Source of the DNA: Felis catus
Lineage: Eukaryota
Length of the DNA stretch: 64,000 nucleotides
Assembly: GCF_018350175.1 (NCBI RefSeq)
Contig: NC_058368.1
Span: 163,000,001 to 163,064,000, forward strand
Direction: 5' to 3'
In this document: positions 1 to 12,077 of the stretch, piece after piece
How positions within the stretch are numbered: position 1 is the stretch's first letter
Layout: every line of letters starts with the position of its first letter
Notes under the pieces: model-generated
Database searches by the model: none
What the model was told of the DNA's origin: nothing
Seen by the model: the letters and a program-made list of their open reading frames with translations, nothing else
Position numbers and translations under genes: made by a program

Positions 1-282
1 TAGAAAATTTATCTGTGTAATATATTTTAAAAAAGAAAATAGTATGCCAAAATATTTCATTTTATACATTTAATTATTTTTCAGAATTTTCTTACCTTGA
101 GCTCATAAACTACCACACAGAAATAAGATTCAGAATAAAATAAGAATGTCTAAATAAAAAATAGGATAAAAATTGGCATGCTGCAATTCTTTCAAATCCA
201 ATGTAGATTTTATAAGTGTTTCTTTCCATATTTGCACTAGGTGGAGCCATTTGCTTAAACTGTTCGTAGGAAAATTAGGAAA

Positions 283-610
283 GTATAGGCTTAATTTTAT
301 ATGAAACTGCCAAAATGTTTTTCCATAATAACCATACCATTTTGCATTCCCTCCAACAATATATGAAAGTTCCGGCTGTTCTGTATTGTTAGCACCTGGC
401 TACTCTTTTCAGTCACTCTAGTGGCTGTACAGTATATCTCACCGTAATTTCAGTGTGCTTTTCTTTAATGACTAATGATGTTGAGCATTTTTTAATGTGC
501 TTATTTGACCGATTTATATCTTTTTTGCTGAAGTGTCTATTCAAATTTTTTGCCCAATGTTTATTAGGTTGTTTGTTTTCTTGGTGTTTAGTTGTGATAG
601 TTCTTTATAT
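283..610 (-). mobile_element. Old LINE-1 (L1M-type) fragment, inverted 5' segment
   Basis: Antisense match to the L1 ORF2 C-terminal region (aatgactaatgatgttgagcatttt...tgtctattcaaattttttgccca). Confidence 0.85.
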
Positions 611-1075
611 CACCATCCAGCAACCTCGTATCTTTCCATTTAAACAAGATAAATGAAAACATATGTCCACACAAAGGTCAGTATATACATTTCACAGCAG
701 CTTTGTTTACATTTACCAAAATGAAAACAACCTGGCCACTGGTGGATGAACCACTCCTACATGCAACAACACAGATGAAACTTAAAAGTGAAAGAAGCTA
801 GAGAGAGAACCCAGACACAAAAGCCTACATCCAGTATGCTTCCATTCATATAATATTCTTTCAAAAGAAAAACTATGGAAACAGAAATTGGATCAGTAGT
901 TGCCAGGAGCTGGGAGAGAGGTAAAAGGACTAAATGCAAAGGGGCACTAGTAAATCTTTTGGAGAGATTAAAGTACCACACATCTTGTTTTTAGTAATGG
1001 TTATATGATTAGGGACATTTGTTACAAGTCATTGAATAGACACCTAGAAATGCTGATTTTTACTGTTCATGTCAT
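611..1075 (+). mobile_element. Old LINE-1 (L1MC/MD-like) 3' end
   Basis: aaatgaaaacatatgtccacacaaa...gatcagtagttgccaggagctggg, typical L1M 3' UTR. Confidence 0.85.
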
Positions 1076-2087
1076 TGTCTGCTTGTCAAGTTTTATTTTC
1101 TTAATATTAAATATTTTCATATTCAATTAACCTGACTCAGAAAAATTGCCCATGAAAAAGCCCTGAAGAATTCTGGCAGGTTTTGTTAAAATCTCCATTA
1201 ACAGACAAATTGTAACTTCGATTTCTCTGTGCTACCATATTTTAAAACTGTGCATTGATACTTTTGAATAAAAATGTATTTAAGAGGCTCAAAGACACTA
1301 ATTTGATAGAGATGATTTTTTTTTAAATAATGAATAGTCCAAATATAAACTGGGAAATAGAATAATAGAACATCCTGGTAATCTATTCAAATCAAGTAAC
1401 AAAGTATGTTGTTTTTTTTCATAACTGAATACTCTCTTTCAGATATATGTAAAAATTATTTTACTATTAAATGTGAGAAATCAAGTATTTTATTAGGCAG
1501 AAGAACATTCTGATATATAAACATACATATGTAAATTGTATATTTCTCTTAAGTCTAAAAATATCATCATCTACTCAAAAGTGTCTTAATAAATATATTT
1601 AGTTCTAACTTTAGTATTACAGCCCGATATCTCATAGTAAAATAAATCTCATCTTTAAAGATATTCTATAGAAATCTCCACCTGTATTTCATTTGGAGCA
1701 ATTAGACCTGGGTTTCCTGGAGGGATGACATCTAATATGTCTGAAAAAAACTCATGTTTTGTCACTTTTAAAAATATATTCGGTGAAATCTCATATTTAG
1801 TTCATGTGGTGAGAAAATTCAGAATTCCATAGCCTATGAGGTGGCCAAGAAGACAGGTTGGCAGAAAAGCCTCAACAATATGACAATATAAAAATAGTTT
1901 TCAGTGAATTTGGCCTTAGGAATTGTAATAGAATTGTAGTCTTTAGCTCCCTAGAGGAAAAAAACTGGATCATAAAGTAGGGTCATAGTTAAAAAGTAAC
2001 AGAATACTATAGTAGGAAAAGATAGAATTCAAGTAAGAAGAAGGGGAAGGTTAGGACCTGAGGTCTCTGGATGGGGAAAAACACAAA

Positions 2088-2611
2088 TGTTAAAACATTT
2101 CTTCTGGGAACATCTGACCTCAAGCAAATTCCCTCAGGCATGAAGTTCCTCTTGAGAATGTGACCGACACCACCTACCGCACTTCAGGTTTCTTCAGGAA
2201 TTTGACAAACAAAAGACCTGACTAAAAATAAGTAGACCATAAAACGCATGACCCACAAGCAACAGTCTGGCCGTAGACAACGCCCTCATACAATGGAAAC
2301 GAGCTAATCAAAAAGAAATGACCAGGCATTTAGGGTAGAACCAATAAGGGTAGAACCTGAGAAGGAACAAAGGGGAAGAAAAAGGGGAGCGGACCAAAAC
2401 CCTATAAAACAAAGTCCTTTACCCATAGTCGGGGACATTCGCTTTCAAATGCCCCTTCTCTGTAAAGAGAGCTTTCATACTATTCTTACTTTCTGATCTC
2501 ATAATCTAGTAAACTTTTACCTGCTGCTCATTTTATTCTGTGTTCACCTGTTCATTCTTCAAAGCAGTGAAACAAGGAACCCTGGGTATTGAGGTAAAAA
2601 ATCCTGCAACA
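2088..2611 (+). mobile_element. Solo ERV LTR (ERV1-like)
   Basis: Termini TGTTA...CAACA; CCAAT at 2341, TATAAAA at 2403 and AGTAAA at ~2508 in LTR order; TSD not clean. Confidence 0.75.
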
Positions 2612-2693
2612 ATACCAGCTTGCCTATGAGTTCTGGTCACCTTCCTCCTCTTGGCTCTGTATTCTGAGAAGAAGGCCTAACGCATGCATCAGC

Positions 2694-2913
2694 GAGATCA
2701 GATTTCACATAAAATGCTTCAAAGCAGCCATTTCAAATATGTTAAAAAAAACTATAGGAAAGCATGATTAAAGAAGTTAAGGAAGGTATAATGACAATGT
2801 TCCATCAAATAAAGACTCTCAATAAGGAGACCAAAAAAAAAAAAAAAAAAAGAAAGAAAGAAAGAAAGAAAAAGAAAAAAAAAGAACCAAATGGAAATTC
2901 TGGAGCTGAAAAG
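2694..2913 (+). mobile_element. Old L1M ORF1 fragment (inverted relative to its neighbour) containing an A/GAAA run
   Basis: ttcaaagcagccatt...aaagaaccaaatggaaattctggagctgaaaagt is L1M ORF1 coiled-coil sequence. Confidence 0.75.
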
Positions 2914-3343
2914 TTTATGTTAAACCTGATATCTGGTCACTGTGACAGACACTTTGTACTGTTTGTTTGTTTTTCTGGTTTCTTTGCACATCTTATAATT
3001 TGGGGGAAACTGAAAATGTTAGATGATATTATAGAAACTCTGGGTACTGGTTTTTCCCCTTCAAGGGAATGTTATTGCCATTTTTAAAAATGTGTTTAGT
3101 GAATGGCTGGATTATTTTAACATAGTCTATTCCCCATGCACACCCCTCCACACATAATCAAAGCCTCTGTTTTTTGTTGCTCTTCAGAAAGGCACAGCTA
3201 CCCCACTAGGGTAGTATTTATAAGGCTCTCTTCCTTTCTTACAATGAACACATTCAGCTGTTAAACTCCATGAATTTCCAGCTGATTGCTCTACTTTTCT
3301 TTTTTTATAAATAAAGATGTAGAGAGTTTGGGGGGGGTTGGTT

Positions 3344-3559
3344 TAAAAAAAATTTTAATGTTTATTTATTTTTGAAAGAGAGAGAGATCAAGTGTGAGTG
3401 AGGGAGGGGAAGAGAGAGAGGGAGACACAGTATCAGAAGCAGGCTCCAGGCTCTGAGCTGTCAGCACAGAGCCCAACGCGGGGCTGGAACTCACAAACCA
3501 TGAGATCATGACCTGATCCGAAATTGGACGCTTAACCAACTGAGCCACCCAGGCGCCCC
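3344..3559 (-). mobile_element. CanSINE (feliform SINEC)
   Basis: tRNA-derived head ...tgagccacccaggcgcccc, (GA)n tract, T-rich tail. Confidence 0.97.
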
Positions 3560-3570
3560 AATATGTGGAG

Positions 3571-3777
3571 TTTTTTTAAGTTTATTTATTTTTGAGAGAG
3601 AGAGAAAGAGAGAGAACACAAGTGGTTGAGGGGCAGAAGGTGAGAAGACAGAGAATCTCAAGCAGGTTTGCACTGTCAGCACAGAGCCCGACAGAGGGCA
3701 TGAACTCACAAACCTTGAGATCAAGACCTGAACCAAATTCAAGAGTCGCTTAACCTGCTAAGCCACCCAGGCGCTCC
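3571..3777 (-). mobile_element. CanSINE
   Basis: Same architecture; degenerate TSD attgctctacttttc (3285-3299) / aatgctctactatttc (3778-3793). Confidence 0.95.
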
Positions 3778-4973
3778 AATGCTCTACTATTTCAGCAATG
3801 CCCCTAGACACATACAAACTAATCCAATCAAATGGTGGCTCCTTAGAGGAAATAGATTCTGTGGTCAGTGTCTGAGATTTGTTTAAATGGCAGGAAAGCT
3901 TCTCCCAGCTATCTTATTCTCTAGTTATCTCCTACAAACTTGGTAGCCAACCGTCTAGGCTATGTCTTCATTACATTCAAGAATTTCTTCCCAAATGCCT
4001 TTTACCAATTTCCACAGTTCTTTTGAGTGCGCTTAGGCTTAAACTTCATTAAACTGCTGCAAATGAAGTCAGTTCCTTTGAGAAAAGATTTGGAGCTATC
4101 TGTTTTATGGCCTGATTCTCCCTCCAGAAAAACTCTTTTAGCCAGGGCTGTAGAGCTGAAGGTGGTGACAATGTAGCTTACAGTCTAAGCTATATCTTCA
4201 TAAAATCTACTAGTCTCTTAATTGTCTTTCACCACAACCTCCACTGTTCCTGAGAGAGCCTTAGATTTGAATTTCTCCATGCTCCATTGCAAATGAAGTC
4301 AATTCCTTTGAGAAATGGTAAAGAGTTATCTGTTTTACAGTCTGCTTCTCCTTTTAGGCAAAAATCTGTGAAGAAGGACCCTAGAACTGAGGGTGGGGTA
4401 AATGGCAAGCCTCTCTCAGTGTGGCTACTCCCTCTGGATGCTGAACACTCAGTGTAGGGGGGCAACCACTGAGGCTCTCTTAGCTTATCTCTCCTGGTGT
4501 GGAACCACTACCTAATGGTGAGGGCAAGTAAATCAGTGCCACAGTATTCTCAGGACTCCATACCCAAAGTAGAGCCTCGATTCTGTAAGTGAGGGCTAGA
4601 TGGAAGAAGGGAGTACCAACTCTCATCAGGAATCACCTGGAACTTAGCTTCAGCAAGAGGTAGCTGGGGCCAAGATGTGAAGCACTAAAGACCTCCTTCC
4701 CCAGAGAAAAAAGCCCTCTGACAAGGGGCTAGGTAAGAAGGGGTCCTATCTTCTTGTCTGCAGTGGTCTGGGGTAGTTTTTCCATCTTGCTGAGCTGGGA
4801 AAAAGGAAAGGAGGAAGCAGTCCTGGTTCAAATATCACCTTTCTCAAAGTCTCACCTTTCTTACTACCTTTTATAGATTTCCTTGAAGAGATGTTTCTTT
4901 GCTTGACATTTGTCCTAAGGGCTATTTCTGAAAGCTTTACGTGATTGAGTTTTCTTTTCTCTTTCCTTTTTTC

Positions 4974-5004
<31 letters not shown>

Positions 5005-5810
5005 TGTTTGTCATCAATTTCACTAAAGAACGGGTAAGGAGAGCTTTGTACACTGTCATCCAAGAGACTGAACCTCTGATTCATCAGCATTGATGTTAAT
5101 CAATGCTATGTGCCATGGAAATAAAAATAAATACAGCAATATCATAGAACAAATGATCTAATGGAAAACAGGAACAAATAATTACAACACCATATGATAA
5201 GAGCTACAACAGAAAACTACAGAAAGTACAGTGGAAGGACAGAGAAGCAGGTGACATCTGTGGGGGTAGAAGAATGAACAACATGGAAGATCTCATGAAC
5301 ACAGAACCAAAAGGTAAACTGAGGAAGCTTTAGCAGTGCTAGATTCTTTATCCCTGAAAGTATTTTAAATAAAAACAATGATTATAGTTATAATATCATT
5401 AATAATATAATCTGATATAAAAATTGATATGTTCTTAATCTTGAATCTTAAAATCTCTAAGAATGTTTGTTATATTTGTCTGTAATAAATAATCTAAGTT
5501 AATCACAGTGAACAAACACAGCTTCAAATAAAGTTCTCTAGTCTCTGACTTCCAATAAGTCCAACCTGTTTGTGACCTTCAGCCCTTTTATACAGAAATC
5601 TTAAGCCTCCAATGTTTGTGCAGGAGAGGATACAGTTCCATATCAGTATGATAAAGTCTCCAAGGAACAAAGAAATAACAGACAGGTATATTGGCTTTCT
5701 AGCAGACCATGCTAGACTAGTTTTCCATGGGCAGTCCCTGTTCTTGTTTCCTTTTTCCTATAAATATCCTCTCTGTTCAAAAATAAACTCAAGAACATCA
5801 AATCCCTCTC

Positions 5811-5882
5811 AAAAACAACAACAACAACAAAACAACAAATAAAACAACAAGAACAAAAACAAGACAAAAACAAAAACAAAAA
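5811..5882. repeat. (CAA)n/(CAAAA)n A-rich simple repeat
   Basis: Directly visible. Confidence 0.9.
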
Positions 5883-7121
5883 TCAGTATTTGGCAAAGAG
5901 AAGAAGAAAAAGAAAACTCAGTCATCCTCTGCCTTGTTCCATCCCCTGGGCCAGCACATGAGTTTCTAATTCTGATGTAGGAGGGAGAGTCCATTGGCTT
6001 AGCCTCAGTTGGACTGGACCAGCGCTGAAGAGAAACATTAAAAATTTTATGACTTTGGCTAAAGAGCTTAAAGCCATTAAGATTGTATCTGGAAATCCAT
6101 AGTAACTGTTGGATGCCTAGGATATAAAACATAACCTGGTTTTTACCTATGAAATAGAGTTATTCACCCTATCCTTAAAGACTCATAATATTCTAATTGA
6201 ACAGAATATATGCATATTTATGACCAATGGTTTTAGTGTTACGACTATGACTGCTCCAATTTAGTACATGTCTCCTGCTCCTTCTTCTCTAACTTTGGCC
6301 AAGGCATAGTCATGGGCATTTACAGTCCCTGTCTTAATTGATGCAGGCAATATTACAAATAACTGTTGCATTTGGACATATGACCTCTGACACAGGCATC
6401 TCATGTGGTAATAATGACACATGGCTAGAATAAATGATAGATTTTCTTCACCATGTACATATTTGAACATAGGTTGACTAGAAATAAGTCAGAATGATGG
6501 AGGAGCAGAAGCTTGTGGAGTTTGCATAGCATATTAGGGTTTTTTTTTCTTTACTAAGATGTCATCATAGATCATAATTCCCTTGAGATTAAGTGACTGA
6601 CTCTAAATAGTCTTCTTGTCACAAATAACTGAAAAAGTGTCAGCCTCCTTCCTAGTGAAGTCCCTCTTTGTCTCACAGGACTCCCAATAATGCTATTGTT
6701 GTAGTATCTTTTTTGAATTATGTCAGGGAGCCACTGAAACCTTCTGGCACCAGATTTTGAAAAAGACAATATGCTGAACAGTGAGAAATGGAGGAGAGGT
6801 GTGATTAATTGTCAAAGGAGAGAAGCACAGAAGCATAACTCTTTTTTCTGACAGATGCTCCAGCGGATGACACAGAGTCAAGTAATAGCATTGTTATAGA
6901 AATTTGGCCAACTGCTTTAGGCACCATCTGCTCATTTTCTCCCAGAGGAGTAATCCTTTTCAAAGGTTGAAGGAGAAGTTTAAAAGCCTGCTCAGGAATT
7001 TCGCGAATTTTCATCAATTTCCAGAACTGTGAGTCACTCAAATGTAACCCAAAGAAAACTTAACCCCAACTAGGGCAAGTGTTCTCAGAGTGGAATCAGA
7101 CCAGAAAAAATGGAAAAACAA

Positions 7122-7325
7122 GGGGCACCTGAGTGGGTCAGTTGGTTAAACATCCAATTCTTGATTTCAGCTCAGGTCATTATTTCACAGTTCTTGAGAT
7201 CAAGCCCCACCTCAGCCTCCACACTGACAGCATGGAGCCTGCTTGGGATTCTCTCTCTCCTCCCTCTGTGTGCCTCCCCTCTGTGCATAAGCTGTCTCTC
7301 AAAATAAATAAATAAACATTTAAAA
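7122..7325 (+). mobile_element. CanSINE, older
   Basis: ggggcacctgagtgggtcagttggttaa head, CT tract, aataaa tail; CpG-depleted. Confidence 0.95.
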
Positions 7326-7708
7326 GGGGGAGGGAGAAGGGAAGATGGAAGAAATGAAAGGAGAAGAAAAAGATAAGAATAATTTTTTTAGAATTCTAAG
7401 TGACATTTGTCATATCTCTTTTACTTTCTTTTTGAGTGTGAAGTGTGGTCTGAAAATCTAGCTGACCAAATCAGCTGGAATCCATATCTTATGCTAAACA
7501 TTTATCTTTCTGAAATGAACTCTTCTTTTACTTCTCCTTACGATTGAAATACAGGAATGTAATAGGTGAAGCAAGTTTGAGAAAGGAGTGGTGGGCAGGA
7601 AAAGAAGTATTTGCAGAGAATCTACAGGATTATCCTAAAGGAAACTCAACCAAGATGGTACCACTGTTTTCTCTACAATATCACCTACAATCTAAAAGAT
7701 ACATTTTC

Positions 7709-7925
7709 GGGGCGCCTCGGTGGCGCAGTCGGTTAAGCGTCTGACTTCAGCCAGGTCACGATCTCGCGGTCCAGGAGTTCGAGCCCCGCGTCAGGCTCTG
7801 GGCTGATGGCTCAGAGCCTGGAGCCTGTTTCCGATTCTGTGTCTCCCTCTCTCTCTGCTCCTCCCCCATTCATGCTCTGTCTCTCTCTGTCCCAAAAATA
7901 AATAAACGTTGAAAAATAAATAAAT
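7709..7925 (+). mobile_element. Young felid CanSINE
   Basis: CpG-rich; perfect 15-bp TSD aaaagatacattttc (7694-7708, 7926-7940). Confidence 0.98.
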
Positions 7926-8318
7926 AAAAGATACATTTTCTCCTTGCTGAAGATTTGAAGTCTGAAGCCGTTTAACTGTGGTGGTTTGGTAAGCTTTGGT
8001 GTTAAGTAGATTATTGTTCACTTCCCAATCCTATACTTACTAGTTCTGTATGTAATCTTGGGCAAATTACCAATCTAAATTTCATTTTCTTTATGAGCTA
8101 TTGAAAGGTGCCTTCCAGGGTAACATACACAATTCCAAGGTGATTCGTTCATAGAGAATTCCACATGAATTGTGCCTTTTTCAGTCATGCAATGTGACTG
8201 GCCCTGTGCCTAATGTAGAGTGAGCATTAAAAAAAAAAAAAAAAAAAAAAAAACAGCCATTAAGGATCTGAAATTTAGTCTTCTGCTGCAAAAAAGAAAG
8301 AGGAAGTTCTACAAGTGT

Positions 8319-8585
8319 CAGTGTAGCCTAGTGGATGAAAACATGAACCACAAAACTAGACTGTCAGTATTCTAATATTGAGTCATGCTACTTACTAACC
8401 ATGTGATCTTGAGCAGTTTCCTCAATTTCCTGATACCTCAGTTTCTTCATTAACAAAAGAGAGACAATAATAGTACTTAGCTTTTAGGGTTATTGTCATA
8501 ATCAAATAACTTAATGCATATGAAACACTGAAAACAAAATCTAGTACATAGTAAATACTAAATAAACATTGGTTATAATTATGTT
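8319..8585 (+). mobile_element. MIR SINE, near full length
   Basis: MIR core cttactaaccatgtgatcttgagcag...cctcagtttcttcat and L2-like tail. Confidence 0.85.
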
Positions 8586-11500
8586 ATGTGGAAAGGTATC
8601 CTAAATATATTAAGGTAAAAAAAAAAAGTGCTGAATACCTTTAAAAAATAGGGTAATTATATACATGTTTTAACTGATATACACATACAATTTCTCTGCA
8701 AGAAAGCTAAGAAATCAATAACATTTATTATCTATCTGGAGAGGAATTGAGTTCAAGGAGGAGAAGGGAGAGTTGTCATTGTATAGCTCTCAGTGCTTTT
8801 TGAATTTTGAGCCCTCTAACTATATTAGCTATTGAGAAATTATATTTTTAAGTACAGCTACTATATTATTATTATAATCAGTTTTATATCATTTACCTTA
8901 TTTATTACTATTATGATCATAATCAAATAGTATTGGGTACCAACTATTGTATACTGTAATATATTGTATGTTACACAAAGGAGAAACTGACCCTATTATT
9001 CAAGAGCATTGAACTGGACACAGGCAAAAAGTACAGAGGCCTATGGCATAAGGAAGAACATTGTGGAAGGAGTATACAGACCACATTCTGTGGGGTGAGG
9101 GAGAGATCAAAGGACTAAGAGATCACTCCTGGCTTGTACTATCAGTGAAGGCTTGATGGATGAATAAGCTTTCAAAGGCATTCCAGGTAGAAGAAAATGC
9201 ATGATTTAATTACAATAAAATGGTGCATGATTGGAAGTCTCAAGAATTGTTAAGGTGTAAAAGAACAGAGGCTATGACTGGTGCTAGAATGCGGAAGAGA
9301 AACAACTTCATTCACATGTCAACCAAGAATATGTCAGCTCATTAGAATAAATGCATGTGTGTTCAGGAGAGGGAGTTATTTAGGAGCACATACTGAATGA
9401 GAGAGGTAATTACTCAGCAGAAGGGAGAAACCACTTAAAAATAACCACATTGATTGATCGACTGATCAACTCTACAATTACAACTTTCAAACATCTATGT
9501 AGATAGAAGAACAATTAATAATTATTATCTTCCTATAAAATTTTGAAGCCTTTACAATATGAGTTTATGATTTCAAATGGTTTACAAAATGTAAAACAAG
9601 TTACTTATAAGCCATAGATACGTTCTCAATATTTACTAATGTTACCTCAGTTAGGATTTTCTGTGGTTTCCTTCATGTACAGAAGCTGAAAACCACCTAA
9701 TCCTTTTCACTTATATACTATTGTTGCAATAGTCTTTGAGTCAGAAATTACAAAGGATTTGAATTTGACAAACCTTTACATGGTGTCTAAGATGAGCTGA
9801 ATTTTCTCAAACATTGTTTTCTAGGGCTTATATAATTGAAGACATATTTTAATTCCTACTTTACAAATAAGCAGATTAAGTTTTAGAGAATTATGAATCT
9901 AATAACTGGAAGAACTTGGATTAGAATTCAGCTAGGTGTGTATATGTGCATGAATATATCCAGGTGGCGGGGGGCAGAATGAAGAAAATGAAGGGCCAAA
10001 GTCAATGGAAATTTTCACCACAACATTACTGCCTCAGGATCAAATTCCGATTAAACCGGAAGCAAACAGTCGTACTAACAGGGAAAAACAGTCAGAGGAA
10101 ACATACAGTGAAATATATAGACATCTACATAGTTCCCTTAGTCAAACACAAATTAAAAGTACCATTTTCTTTTGCCAATTTATCTTCCACTTATCTTCGG
10201 GAGCAGTTATCAATCTACTGACCCTCAGATCCAAATATATCTTATCTTCTGATATGACAATGGTGCTAGACCCTGTAAACAATTCTCCTTTGCATTGAAT
10301 ACAACATTATTTTTTTTTTTTTTGAGAGAGGACTATAAAAGGATACTACAGGAGAAAGGAGATTCTCTTCCTGGTCCTTGTATGGTTCTGTTGGTTTCTT
10401 CTTCGTATCATCCTGTAACCAGAGGTAAATGGGTGGGGACATTCAGTGGACATCCTACCCCCAGCACATGCCCAGAGCATGGAGCCACTTGGTGAACTCA
10501 CAGTTCCAACTCCTACCCAGTCACCATCCTGCTGAGACCCTTCTGACACAGTTATCAGTTTCTTAAAGCAGTATGTACCTTTTGGCAGCTGAAAATGAGA
10601 AGTTCAAGTTCAAGTTTTAGCATTTCCGTCCAATTTTGCATGACGCTGACAGACAGGATTTTACAAAAGCCTCACGAATAGATTTATCTAGAAGGTGACA
10701 TACCTTTCAAATATTCTAATTTCACTTATCTCTTTAATTGTTCACACCATCAATACAAATTTATCTGTTTTGTCATTTGAGAGGAAAAAAAATGATCACA
10801 GACTTGAGAGCATGAAGATGCGAATAGCTCATATGGGTCTATGTGAGGGTGTTTGCTTCTTTGCATTAACAAGAGGAGTTATGAAATAAGCTTGCAGGAA
10901 TAGGACGTTGCCTTTTAGAATGATGTGTGAATATTCCAAAACTAACATAAATGAGCTATTTAAGCCAATTGCATTCACAGGGTTCTAAATGGCTGGCAAA
11001 TTATGAAATACATAAAACTGTGGAAGAGCCCCAAAAACTCGCTCTCAAATCATTTAAAAATATTTTCCTAAGCTGTGCCACAAACAGATGGACACAAAAG
11101 TATGTTCTACTTTCTCCATTCATAGCTGCTCTGGAAAAGAAACACTTTCTTAATATAGTGTCATTTACAGCTGGTGTTACACTGGTGGGGATTTTGACCA
11201 TCTCTGCTTTTCATCACCAGCTACAATGTAATAAGCATCTTCACATTTGCCATTGTGGCAGCAATATTAAGGGTTGTTAGAGCTAAACTGTCCCAATCCT
11301 TTAGAAGCTTAGAACTGCAAATAGGCATGTGTAACATGCCTACAAACTAGCTGGTTATATACTCATTAAAGCCCAAGAACCAACTCTGATTATAGTCTCA
11401 AGAACTGCAGTCACTCATCACAGACCTTTCAACCCAGTGTGAAAGGGGATCAGGATAATAAGTATCAGTAAGGTGCACAGCTGTCCAATGCTCACCATCT

Positions 11501-12077
11501 TTTGGCAGGTGTAAATGAGCCGAGAAGTGACTGGGGAAGATATATAAATGTGTTCATCGGGTCACAGACTTTCTAGACATTCAAAATTGGATGTAGATTA
11601 ACAACCCAAGAAAATGCAGCCATAAGAAGAGATTGGTATCCATAAATTGCATATGGAAGAGTCAAAGCTTCACACTCACATATCCTAAAAATAAAGTGTG
11701 TTCTAAATTGCCCAGTTGTCCAGAAGAGTGTTTGGGAAGAGAGATTTCAAAGCCTCATATGATCCGGCCTCCACTTTCACCACATGTCCCACAGCGCTCC
11801 ACACAGCCACACCAACTTTTCTAACTTCTCTCCCTCTGTTTGCTCGGGGAGAGGAACGGTTGCCCTCTCTCAAAAATAAAGAAACATTAAAAAAATACTA
11901 TGTAGGAGAGTTTATGAGAAAGAAAAACTTAGATCTCTCATATATAGTATGTCCAAGATCATGAGCTGAAATAAAAATGTTGACTGCCCTCAGAGACAAA
12001 GGAATTTTATAATTAAAAAAAAAAGTCAACACAAATATTAAAATCTATTTCAGATAAAAAAATGATTGAATTGAAAA

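Larger units (their letters stand above)
2914..5030 (-). mobile_element. Old L1M 5' UTR and ORF1 start, interrupted by two SINEs
   Basis: Reverse complement of the left end reads as an ORF1 start (agatgtgcaaagaaaccag...ccagatatcagg); internal 230-bp tandem repeat. Confidence 0.6.

Noticed and set aside
6261..7041. Three consecutive minus-strand ORFs
   Set aside because: Short, no recognisable domain, no poly(A)/TSD or exon structure; consistent with chance.
11864..11895. SINE tail attached to non-SINE sequence, possibly a chimera
   Set aside because: Most simply a severely 5'-truncated SINE beside an L2-like remnant.
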